From assembly GCA_023301465.1 (NCBI GenBank), contig JALZUQ010000012.1, forward strand, positions 11,744 through 75,743: 64,000 nt of DNA, given 5' to 3'. The DNA comes from Oligoflexales bacterium. GTDB taxonomy: Bacteria > Bdellovibrionota_B > Oligoflexia > Oligoflexales > JALZUQ01. The first letter of the stretch is position 1. Every line of letters begins with the position of its first letter. Of this stretch, positions 46,384 to 55,197 are shown in pieces. A program made the translations under genes and the position numbers. The notes under the pieces are model-generated. The model made no database searches, was not told where the DNA came from, and was given only the letters and a program-made list of their open reading frames with translations.

Positions 46384-47958
46384 TCAATCGTCACTCAGCA
46401 CTTGCTGTGGTTTATTTACTTGCCAATATTTATCCGCAGCCATCTGTACCGTTTTTGCAATACTGATTGGAAGTCCGGTTTTTTCTGAGAGTTCTTCCGG
46501 AGAGTCTGCAATGATATCACCAACGGTTCCGTAGTTTGCATCTGCTAATGCACTAGCAGCCGCTTCACCGACACCATTTAACTTTAAGAACATTTCAGTG
46601 CGTTCTTTTTTGCGGGTATCTACCGCAGGTGCTTTTTCTTCTTCAACTTTTGGTGCAGCAGAAGAGTTTGCAAGAAGCTCTTGTCGCTCACGTTCAATAG
46701 TCTCTAGGTCAGGGCCTTCTTTACCCACCATTGAAGCGGCAGCTTCTTTGATGCGATTTGCTTCTTCGCTATCAACATTTAATGCACGTTCGATACTTCT
46801 AATAGCTGTTTCAGCTAAGTCCTCAACTGATTTAATGCCTTCATTGACAAGAATGTCAGCACGCATGATGCCAAGTCCCGGTAGTTGAGCAAGTCTGATT
46901 TTTGCTCCAGCAGAAGCTTCGTCCAGTTTAGACTCGCTTTTGATATCTAGTCTCCAACCACTAAGTTGTGCTGCTAGTCTTACGTTTTGTCCTTTTTTAC
47001 CAATTGCTAAAGATAGCTGGTCATCTGATACGATCACTTCCATGCTTTGGTTGTCTTCATCAACAATCACTTTTGATACAGCAGCAGGAGCAAGGGCGTT
47101 ACAAACAAGTCTCGCTGGGTCTTCATCCCAAGGAATAATATCAATTTTTTCGCCATTGAGTTCTTGTACAATTGCTTGGACTCTTTGGCCTTTCATACCA
47201 ACACATGCACCAACTGGATCAACAGAAGCGTCTCTTGAAAAAACAGCTATTTTAGATCTTGAGCCAGCATCACGAGCAGCACCTTCAATGGAGACAATAC
47301 CGTCATAAATTTCAGACACATTTTGCTCAAACAGATTGACTAGGAATCCAGAGTGCCCTCTAGACATAATAACTTGTGGTCCACGAGATGCACGTTTTAC
47401 ATCCATCACGTAACCTTGAATTCTATCTTTTGCTTTGTATCTTTCAGAAGGTATTTGTTCACGGTATGGGACTACCGCTTCCGTTCTACCAAGGTCGACA
47501 ATGATGTCTCCTCTTTCAATTCTTTTTACATAACCGCTAAGTGTTTCACCAACGCGGTCTTTAAATTCTTCATGCACTTGAGATCTTTCGGCGTCTCTTA
47601 CCTTTTGAACGATAATTTGCTTTGCACACATTGCAGAAATACGTCCAAAAGCTTTTGTGTCAATTTTAAAACCAAGTGCATCACCAACCGTAGTTTCAGA
47701 GTCATGCTTTGTGGCTTCATCAAAGATTATTTCTAAGTCTTTATCTTCTACTTTCTCAACAACAGTTTTGAACTGGAAGAGTTCGATTTCATTAATTTCT
47801 TCATTGTAATGAGCTTCTAAGTCAACCGTTAAGCCCATGGTTCTGCGTGCTGCATGAATCATAGCTTGCTCAAGGGCATCTACAATAATGGTTTCATCTA
47901 GGTTCTTATCTTTAGAGACAACCGAGATGACACTTTTTAAGTCTTTAGCCACTTGCAT
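46384..47958 (-). CDS. nusA: Transcription termination/antitermination factor NusA
   Basis: S1 and KH domains (GACVGMKGQRVQAIVQELNGEKIDII, AIGKKGQNVRLA) and C-terminal HhH repeats. Confidence 0.95.
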   Translation of the reverse strand: MQVAKDLKSVISVVSKDKNLDETIIVDALEQAMIHAARRTMGLTVDLEAHYNEEINEIELFQFKTVVEKVEDKDLEIIFDEATKHDSETTVGDALGFKIDTKAFGRISAMCAKQIIVQKVRDAERSQVHEEFKDRVGETLSGYVKRIERGDIIVDLGRTEAVVPYREQIPSERYKAKDRIQGYVMDVKRASRGPQVIMSRGHSGFLVNLFEQNVSEIYDGIVSIEGAARDAGSRSKIAVFSRDASVDPVGACVGMKGQRVQAIVQELNGEKIDIIPWDEDPARLVCNALAPAAVSKVIVDEDNQSMEVIVSDDQLSLAIGKKGQNVRLAAQLSGWRLDIKSESKLDEASAGAKIRLAQLPGLGIMRADILVNEGIKSVEDLAETAIRSIERALNVDSEEANRIKEAAASMVGKEGPDLETIERERQELLANSSAAPKVEEEKAPAVDTRKKERTEMFLKLNGVGEAAASALADANYGTVGDIIADSPEELSEKTGLPISIAKTVQMAADKYWQVNKPQQVLSDD

Positions 47959-47963
47959 TGAAT

Positions 47964-48464
47964 TTATCCTCGCTTCTTTTCTGAATGATTTAGTTTTTTA
48001 ATATGGCAGTCAGCTTGTTGAATATAGCTAACAGGTACTACAGAAATTTTTTCTTCGAACTCAATCTTAAGCTTTGCTTGAGAACGTTCATCACCTTCAA
48101 TTTCTAGGAGTTCTCCCTGGAAATTCTTTTGGCCATCTAGTTTTTCTTTGAGTTTAATTTTAAAGTAGTCACCTAAATGGTTTTTGAAGTCTTCTATTCT
48201 TACGATTGGTTTTTCAATGCCCGGTGAGCATACAGCAAGTTCGAATGATTTACCGTACCAGCGTTCTAGTTGGTCCCAGTCTCTGAGCTCTTTGGTTGCT
48301 CTTACACAGTCTTGGATGGCAACGTTCTCATCGTTTTTTGCGTCCAATGGGAAGTCTATAAAGATACTTAAAACAGGGCTAGAATATCGGATATCAATGC
48401 ATCGAAGCTCCAACGGCTCAAGTTTTTTATCAATGATATCAAGTGTTTCTAGCGTATCTATCAA
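47964..48464 (-). CDS. rimP: Ribosome maturation factor RimP
   Basis: Position immediately upstream of nusA, appropriate size, and LAVCSPGIEKPI motif (the S.PG..RPL type). Confidence 0.85.
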   Translation of the reverse strand: MIDTLETLDIIDKKLEPLELRCIDIRYSSPVLSIFIDFPLDAKNDENVAIQDCVRATKELRDWDQLERWYGKSFELAVCSPGIEKPIVRIEDFKNHLGDYFKIKLKEKLDGQKNFQGELLEIEGDERSQAKLKIEFEEKISVVPVSYIQQADCHIKKLNHSEKKRG

Positions 48465-48781
48465 GCAAACCTCATAAAAAAAACCCTTTCAACCAACACT
48501 TTCGTGCCAATTGGAGGGCTATAAGTCCTCAGGAATGTACCACCATCATAAAGCATGTTTAGCCAAGAATTGCAAGTGTTTCAAGAGCTTTCTTATAGAA
48601 GAGTAGGGCGTAAGTTTCTAGAAAGCTTAGAGTAGTTATGAATTCCTTCAGCTCTCTGTTGCTTCATTCATCTTGAAATCCAATCTTCTCAAAAGGTTTC
48701 ATGTATGGTGGAATTTATTCATTTGGCTTATATATCTTGATATTGCTGACGCTGACTTCACATGAAATAAAAGGATATTGA

Positions 48782-50035
48782 ATGTCTTCTTATGATCATT
48801 GGTTCAAACGTTTGGGTCCCGGGATTTTGTTTGCTGGGGCCGCTATTGGTGTATCGCATTTAGTTCAGAGCACGAGAGCTGGTGGTGTTTATGGTTTGGG
48901 AATGCTTTTGCCTGTTCTCCTTGTGCTTTTTGTAAAGTTTCCTAGTTTTGCAATTGGCTCTCTTTATTCTGCTCAAACAGGTGAGTCCCTATTAGACGCA
49001 TACAGTAAACAACACTCTGCATTTGTATGGCTATTTGCGTTATTTGCATTCGTCCCGTTTTTCATCGTTTTAGCAGCAGTAACATTAGTAACTTCGGCAC
49101 TTTTTCTGGCAATTACTGGTTTTCAGTGGTCCATCATTCTCACCTCATTCGTTTTGTTGTTGATTTGCATTATTTTACTACAACTTGGAGGTTACCAAAA
49201 GCTAGATAAACTCATGAAGGTTGTTTTTATTGTTATGACAATATCTACATTTGCAGCAACAGGAATTGCAATCTCTAAAATGACATTTAATACGAACCTA
49301 TTTTGGCCTGAGAACTTATTTACATCTGAAAGCTTTATATTCATGATGGCATTACTGGGTTTTATGCCTGCACCTATTGATATTGCGGTTTTAAACTCTT
49401 ATTGGACGCTAGAGAAAATAAGAGCAAAAAAAGATAATAACCAAGAACTAAAGCTAAGAGACTCTTGGTTCGATTTTCGTGTTGGCTATATTATGACAGG
49501 TATTTTAGCATTTTGTTTTATGTTCATGGGAGCGAGTTTGTTTTTTGAAAGCCAACGAGTGCTACCTGCTTCTGCAATTGGATTTTCAAAGCAAATTATT
49601 AATGCTTTCTCTGTTCAGTTGGGAACGTGGAGTGTTGGGTTGGTTGGGGTATGTGCATTCACAGTAATGTTTTCGACGACCTTATCTATTGCCGATGGTT
49701 ATCCTCGCGTGATGGCAGGGCTTTATAAGCAGGTATTCAATAAAAAGAGCTCATATAAAAAACTCTATCTTGGTTCTCTTTGGTTTCTATGCTTAGGTGC
49801 TATGCTTTTATTGGCGTTTTTCATGGAAAATTTTAAGCAAATGATAGACTTAGCAACAACTTTAACGGCATTAGTAAGTCCCGTTTTAGCTCTTTTGAAT
49901 CATTTTATATATTTTGGCAAAAAAACGAATATTCCCCTTCAATATCGCCCTTTATGGATAAAGGTTACGAGTGTGTTTGGGATTGTTGTTTTATCATTTT
50001 TAAGTGTGATGTTTATTAAAATAAAGCTTTTCTAA
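48782..50035 (+). CDS. NRAMP-related divalent metal transporter-like membrane protein
   Basis: About 11 TM. N-terminal LGPGILFAGAAIGVSHLVQSTRAGG resembles the NRAMP-type first helix, but without the canonical DPGN. Confidence 0.55.
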   Translation: MSSYDHWFKRLGPGILFAGAAIGVSHLVQSTRAGGVYGLGMLLPVLLVLFVKFPSFAIGSLYSAQTGESLLDAYSKQHSAFVWLFALFAFVPFFIVLAAVTLVTSALFLAITGFQWSIILTSFVLLLICIILLQLGGYQKLDKLMKVVFIVMTISTFAATGIAISKMTFNTNLFWPENLFTSESFIFMMALLGFMPAPIDIAVLNSYWTLEKIRAKKDNNQELKLRDSWFDFRVGYIMTGILAFCFMFMGASLFFESQRVLPASAIGFSKQIINAFSVQLGTWSVGLVGVCAFTVMFSTTLSIADGYPRVMAGLYKQVFNKKSSYKKLYLGSLWFLCLGAMLLLAFFMENFKQMIDLATTLTALVSPVLALLNHFIYFGKKTNIPLQYRPLWIKVTSVFGIVVLSFLSVMFIKIKLF

Positions 50036-50051
50036 CCAAAAAAAACCTCCA

Positions 50052-50081
50052 CGTTTCATGTTAATATGGATGAAACGATTT
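50052..50081 (+). terminator. Hairpin after the transporter gene (weak terminator candidate)
   Basis: CGTTTCAT-(10 nt)-ATGAAACG is a perfect 8-bp stem, followed by ATTT. Confidence 0.35.
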
Positions 50082-50101
50082 GAAATTAGTTGGGGGCAGT
50101 T

Positions 50102-51634
50102 TTGAAAGTATTTATCATATATTTTTGTTTATTGTTGTTGTGCGGTTGTCAGTTAAGAGTAGATCAACAGCAATTAACTTCAAGTATCAAAATGCAAAAA
50201 TCTGGTAGTTACTTACAGGAGTTATATGATAAAAAAATTGATGATCTGTCTTCTGAAAATATATTCCTTCATGAGCTTTTAAGTAAAAATTTACTTTTAA
50301 AAAAAGGAGAAATTTCTACATTTCTTTCTTCAGTCGCACAAGAAAAATTCCCATTGTTAGAAGATGAAGTAAGTCAACTACCTAAGGAAATACAAGAAGT
50401 TTATCGTAGCTATAAATCTAAGATAAATGATGTTGCCGAAAGAAAAATTGATACTCTGGCTGAGCAATTAAGGTATTTTGCAACGATGCCTCTGTCCTTA
50501 GTGCCTATTATTCAACAATATGTTTTTCGAAAAAATAAGATTGAATCCAATCAAGTTGAATTGTTTCCAAAAATCAGTAATAACTTTGTTATTGAGATTA
50601 ATGAATGTAATAAAGAGCCAGATTTTGTAAAAGAATCATATCCAAATATTAATGTTTATTTATATGCACAAGTCATCGAACAGCAAATCACAGACTGTTA
50701 TTTTCAAAACAGCAAAAATATATCTGAACTACTTAATGCATTGATTAAAAGCCAATTTGATGCAAAGAAAAAATATCGTGTTACTTATGATCCTTCCTCA
50801 GCCCATGAAAAGACTTTTGTGGTTAGTACATACCTTGACTTCACTAAAATGATTGATTCTCTTGGATTTAGTTTGGAGTTAGCAACAACTCGTATGTTTG
50901 TGGACTTTTTTGGTTTTTATTACAAAGACCCTAAAACAAAAGAATTTCTGCCAATTATATTCCCAAGTTGGTTTATGCACAATGAACAAAATAAGAAATT
51001 ATTTATACCCGGTGAGCATGGAGAGATTGAATTACTTATTTCCAAACAAACAGAAAGTGGTAGGGTTAGAGTTGCAGGAACCAAATATTATATGGGAATC
51101 CCTAATGATGCACTACCAGGGCACGCTTCATTTTGGAGACCTCGACTTTATAAAAGACCACAGTGGTATAAAACACACGTTGATACCGTTTTTCATGGTT
51201 CTGCAAATGCTGCTGTGTTGACTTCTGTTGGGAGAGTAACCAAGCATATTCATGATATTCAGAATCAATTTCAACTTCCACTAAATAGCTATGGTTTTTA
51301 TGTTTGTTCTGATTCAATTGCTTTAGTAGCTTTTGATTTGGTGTCGAAAATTGATGAATATGCTCGACTTAACCACTCGTTTCCATTAGTAAGGTCAGAC
51401 CAAAATCTGTTGAGCTCAGCATTAGGTCAAAATTTTCATTTTACAAAAGAGATCATGAAAAAACTGGATTTGTCTTATGAGAAATTTAATGAAATCTATC
51501 CTCCAGATTACCAACTTTCAGGGCGAGAATTAAAAAGAAGGCTTGAAGAATCTTTTGGAGCTGAAAATGCAAAAAGATTTTCACCATATTTTGATTTTAA
51601 TTATAAAGAAATAGTAGATTTTCTCAAAAAATAA
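50102..51634 (+). CDS. Lipoprotein of unknown function
   Basis: TTG 50102 lies 5 nt after GGGGG and gives KVFIIYFCLLLLCGC (lipobox). No family recognised. Confidence 0.55.
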   Translation: MKVFIIYFCLLLLCGCQLRVDQQQLTSSIKMQKSGSYLQELYDKKIDDLSSENIFLHELLSKNLLLKKGEISTFLSSVAQEKFPLLEDEVSQLPKEIQEVYRSYKSKINDVAERKIDTLAEQLRYFATMPLSLVPIIQQYVFRKNKIESNQVELFPKISNNFVIEINECNKEPDFVKESYPNINVYLYAQVIEQQITDCYFQNSKNISELLNALIKSQFDAKKKYRVTYDPSSAHEKTFVVSTYLDFTKMIDSLGFSLELATTRMFVDFFGFYYKDPKTKEFLPIIFPSWFMHNEQNKKLFIPGEHGEIELLISKQTESGRVRVAGTKYYMGIPNDALPGHASFWRPRLYKRPQWYKTHVDTVFHGSANAAVLTSVGRVTKHIHDIQNQFQLPLNSYGFYVCSDSIALVAFDLVSKIDEYARLNHSFPLVRSDQNLLSSALGQNFHFTKEIMKKLDLSYEKFNEIYPPDYQLSGRELKRRLEESFGAENAKRFSPYFDFNYKEIVDFLKK

Positions 51635-51873
51635 ATACTATATCGTTTAATTGCTATGATAGAGTTCCATGCTTTTCACGTTTTTTTTGTTTTAGTGATT
51701 TGCTTTTAAACGCCTTATTTTGACCCTCGTGATTTACTTTCATTGCTCAAAAAAAAATGTTTTTTATGGTGTAGTTGTTTGTTTTTATTGTTCTTTTTTT
51801 TACGCCTATCAAAGTTTTTAGCTTTTCTACCGACATAGTCTTAAGAAATTTTCTCATTATGAAATGACAATAT

Positions 51874-53097
51874 ATGAAATTAAAAAAAATAAGCATTTTT
51901 GGTGCTATCATTTGCCTTAGTATATCTAGTCTTGTTTATTCATCAGGTACAGAATGTGGGACTAATAAAGCTTGCCATCTTTTTTTAAACCTAACTTCAA
52001 CTTTGCCTACAAAGCCTGAGTTGCAGCAAGTCCAGAGTATTGTAGAGAAAGACGGAATGTTTGCTGCAGGTGAGCATATTACTAAAAATTCAAAAGAGTT
52101 TGTAAACGTAGTTTTAAGAGATTTTGCTGATTCATGGTCGGATATTGATGGCAATTCGGGTGCAGAGCTAAACTCTACCTCTGCAACAATTATTGCAGCT
52201 ATTGTTCATGGTATTGATTTTCGTCGTATTCTTTATGACGATATCATAGCTCAAGGAAATGGTAAGGTTGAAGATAGTGGTGATAGTTTAATTTTGTCAA
52301 ATAACTCCGAGCGAATTGAAGTTCCGTTCCATAGTAGAAACAAGCATTATGAACAATTAGAAGCATTGGATGCATATCACCATCAAGATGCATTAACGCT
52401 AGTAAGTCAAGTTCCTTTGATTCTAAAAGAGAAGAGTGCTACCGCAGGTATTCTTACAAGCAGGGGGTTTGCAAGAGCTGCATTTGAAGCAGGAACCAAT
52501 AGAAGGTTGTACCCGATGATTTTAAGGGAGGCTTTCTGTCTTGAATTAAGTGATATGCAGGACCCTAATATTATTGAAACCTACATTTTACGAGATGTAG
52601 GAAAGAAAGACCCTGATGGTTCTGTAACAACATTTAAAGCGGTTTGTAAGACATGTCATGGTGCAATGGATCAAATGGCCACAGCTGCGATAGACTATAA
52701 TTTTAGATCAAATAGTTTACGATTTGATAGTGTGAGACCAATTTCAAATGCAAATAAAATGCTTAAAATCGTTGAGTCAACGGGTCATATCCCTAGAAAT
52801 GATGAATGGAGAACGGACCTTACAGAAAATCAATTAAGATTATTGGGCCTCCAACAAACAGAAAGATCTGGGTTTGGTTTAAAGTCATTTGGCAAAATGA
52901 TTTCAAATTCAGATGGTTTTGCTAAGTGCCAAGTAAAAAAAGCTTTTAAAGTATCGTGTGGGTATGAACCTTCAGAGAAAGAGCAAGTTTTTTTAACTCA
53001 AGAAGTTAAAAATTTTAGAAAAAATTTTAAAATGAAGAATTCATTTATTAATGCGGCATTGTATTGTGCGGAGTCGGGGTCTAATAATGAAAAATAA
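51874..53097 (+). CDS. Secreted CxxCH protein (PSCyt/DUF1588-like pattern)
   Basis: Signal peptide MKLKKISIFGAIICLSISSLVYS. AGILTSRGF...NRRLYPMILREAFC... then CKTCHGAMDQMA (52645-52659). Confidence 0.6.
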   Translation: MKLKKISIFGAIICLSISSLVYSSGTECGTNKACHLFLNLTSTLPTKPELQQVQSIVEKDGMFAAGEHITKNSKEFVNVVLRDFADSWSDIDGNSGAELNSTSATIIAAIVHGIDFRRILYDDIIAQGNGKVEDSGDSLILSNNSERIEVPFHSRNKHYEQLEALDAYHHQDALTLVSQVPLILKEKSATAGILTSRGFARAAFEAGTNRRLYPMILREAFCLELSDMQDPNIIETYILRDVGKKDPDGSVTTFKAVCKTCHGAMDQMATAAIDYNFRSNSLRFDSVRPISNANKMLKIVESTGHIPRNDEWRTDLTENQLRLLGLQQTERSGFGLKSFGKMISNSDGFAKCQVKKAFKVSCGYEPSEKEQVFLTQEVKNFRKNFKMKNSFINAALYCAESGSNNEK

Positions 53098-53650
53098 AAT
53101 CTTATGTTTTATTTGCTTGGTGTTCCTGCCTTTATGGTCCTCTTGTGAGGATGCTTCTGAATCCCCAAAAAGAGTATCGATTTCTGCTGTTAGTGAAGAG
53201 TTAGCGGATGAAGTGATTATCAAGACTGAAAGTAAAAGAGTATTAAGAAATGCTCCACAGTATCTGGCAATAGTTTCAAAAATGTTAGGTTTGAACCCTT
53301 CTGATTTGTCGAAAGCATCAGAGTTTGAAACATTAAAGGAAAAATTACCAAACAACACATTCGTAACTCTTACAAATCCGAGTGATGCAGTGTTTATTGC
53401 GGCATCTAAGGTGGCGACGGCAGGATGTGGTTTTTATATAAAAGAAGATGCGTCTGAGGATATTCATAAATTTGTTACAACTCTAGCAGGTAGGGCTTCC
53501 TTTGATGAAACTGTCCAACGCACTTTATCTAATAATGCTTTGCAGCTTCTTGTTGGTACTGAGCTTGAAACTCAAGAAAATGCAACAAAATTAAAACAAT
53601 CAAAAATAATCACTTGTAGCTATATTGTAGTTACTAAAATATTGTTTTAG
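53087..53650 (+). CDS. Small lipoprotein of unknown function
   Basis: ATG 53087 gives MKNKILCFICLVFLPLWSSC (lipobox). Overlaps the upstream stop by 11 nt. Confidence 0.55.
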   Translation: MKNKILCFICLVFLPLWSSCEDASESPKRVSISAVSEELADEVIIKTESKRVLRNAPQYLAIVSKMLGLNPSDLSKASEFETLKEKLPNNTFVTLTNPSDAVFIAASKVATAGCGFYIKEDASEDIHKFVTTLAGRASFDETVQRTLSNNALQLLVGTELETQENATKLKQSKIITCSYIVVTKILF

Positions 53651-53661
53651 GGAGAGATCTT

Positions 53662-55188
53662 GTGAGTAATTTTTCTAAGTTTTTAAAACATTTTCAAGAT
53701 GAGTTCATTGCAAGTGGACTTCACTTACATAAAGATCATAAAATACCAAAGACTAGGCGTGAATTTTTTGCGTCAGGTGTCTATGCTGGAGCTATGACAA
53801 TGGCAATGCCTTCGTTGATGCAATTGTTTCTAAGTTTAGAGGCAAAAGCAGAAGGTCTTTCTTGCTCTGTACCTGAAGGTTTGTCTGGGTGTCCAATGGT
53901 ACAGTTTCACTTTTCAGGTGGTAGAAACTTGTGGGGGCATGGTTTAGCCTTAGGATTAAATAGCCATGGAAAACCAGAAGATTACACTGGAGTTACAGGT
54001 GGTTTTTCATCGAATGATTTTGTCAACTATGGAGCTTCTCCAAGGAGTCACCCCTCTTTAAGTGGTAGTGAATACGTCACTCTGGGTGGGCATGCAATGC
54101 AACAACACAGTTATATCTACCAGTCTGCAATGGATGTATTTGGATCTGGGCTTTCTGATTTAGAATCAAAAATGCAAATCATTTCATTTTGTCATAGAAC
54201 ATCAGATGATAGTAGAGATACAGAGCAAAATTTTTTATCGATGGTTCGAAACCTACGAGGAAATTCAGACTTTAATTTAGTGAGTAATAACTCAGGTACA
54301 AATCGAAGTGGTTTGAATGCTGTCCCAGCTTTTGGAGTTACTGAAGTATCAAATATTGTTACTGATAAAGTAAATGATTTAGTTGGCACAGGGCTCGAAT
54401 CAATGCCTGTAGATGTGAGAAAAAAATATTTCTCTGCCTTAGAGAACTACATGCGAACAAGAATCAGCAATGATGAAGCTCATAAAGTTTTTGGTTGTGG
54501 AATTGATAGTGCGGCAAAAAAAGTAGAAAAATTCTCGCAGACAATAGATGTTAGGTCTGAAATTCCATTGCTAAATACTGTGTTTGCAGATGATGCAAAT
54601 GGTGATCGTTTGGCTTCTATGGTTTATCTGTTAGAGAACTCTCTTGCGACATGTGCAGGTTATACTGGTGGTGGTTTTGATTATCATAATGGGTCAAGTG
54701 ATGGGTATGAGAAAGATCGTAATATTTTTACAGGTTCTATTTGGCCAATTATAAATTACTACCATCAAACAAATAAACCAATTGTAATGTACTTCTCATC
54801 TGATGGTGCGACTTACAGTAATGGTTCGACAGATACTAGAACCGTTTCTATGAATGGTGAAGATGTTGATCTGGAGCTTGGCGTAAATATTGGTGATAGA
54901 GGTCGCAATGGTGGTTCAATGATGATCATCTTGGCTGGAAATAAAGCTAATAAGCCAGATGTAGATTTTCATCAAGTGGGTTATGGGCTTGACGGTGGAA
55001 TAGCAAGAGAAGGTAACCCAATTGGTTATGATGAAAATAACGCAAAGGCAGTTATTTTTGAAACAATGCGAAGAGCTATGAACCATGTGTCTAAAGTCAA
55101 GAGTGGTGTGGATTTTAATTCTGCTACCAAAGGGAAGCGATTTGATGAAGGTTTGCTTGGAAAATATATACCTTTAAAAAAATCTTGA
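53662..55188 (+). CDS. Twin-arginine-leader protein, DUF1501-like (tentative)
   Basis: TRREFFASGVYAGAMTMAMPSLMQ (Tat-like, 53752-53769). FHFSGGRN and YTGGGFDYHNGS patterns resemble DUF1501. GTG start behind GGGAGAG. Confidence 0.6.
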   Translation: MSNFSKFLKHFQDEFIASGLHLHKDHKIPKTRREFFASGVYAGAMTMAMPSLMQLFLSLEAKAEGLSCSVPEGLSGCPMVQFHFSGGRNLWGHGLALGLNSHGKPEDYTGVTGGFSSNDFVNYGASPRSHPSLSGSEYVTLGGHAMQQHSYIYQSAMDVFGSGLSDLESKMQIISFCHRTSDDSRDTEQNFLSMVRNLRGNSDFNLVSNNSGTNRSGLNAVPAFGVTEVSNIVTDKVNDLVGTGLESMPVDVRKKYFSALENYMRTRISNDEAHKVFGCGIDSAAKKVEKFSQTIDVRSEIPLLNTVFADDANGDRLASMVYLLENSLATCAGYTGGGFDYHNGSSDGYEKDRNIFTGSIWPIINYYHQTNKPIVMYFSSDGATYSNGSTDTRTVSMNGEDVDLELGVNIGDRGRNGGSMMIILAGNKANKPDVDFHQVGYGLDGGIAREGNPIGYDENNAKAVIFETMRRAMNHVSKVKSGVDFNSATKGKRFDEGLLGKYIPLKKS

Positions 55189-55197
55189 GGTTGTTGA

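Noticed and set aside
53051-53086. Upstream extensions of lipoprotein ORFs (53051-53086, 57965-58039, 316-366, 50090-50101)
   Set aside because: In each case an internal start gives a textbook signal peptide or lipobox directly at the N-terminus, often with an SD. The extensions would bury the signal peptide.
51874-53650. Possibility that ORFs 51874-53097 and 53051-53650 are one frameshifted gene
   Set aside because: The second ORF has its own ATG with a complete lipoprotein signal (MKNKILCFICLVFLPLWSSC). The overlap therefore fits two translationally coupled genes.
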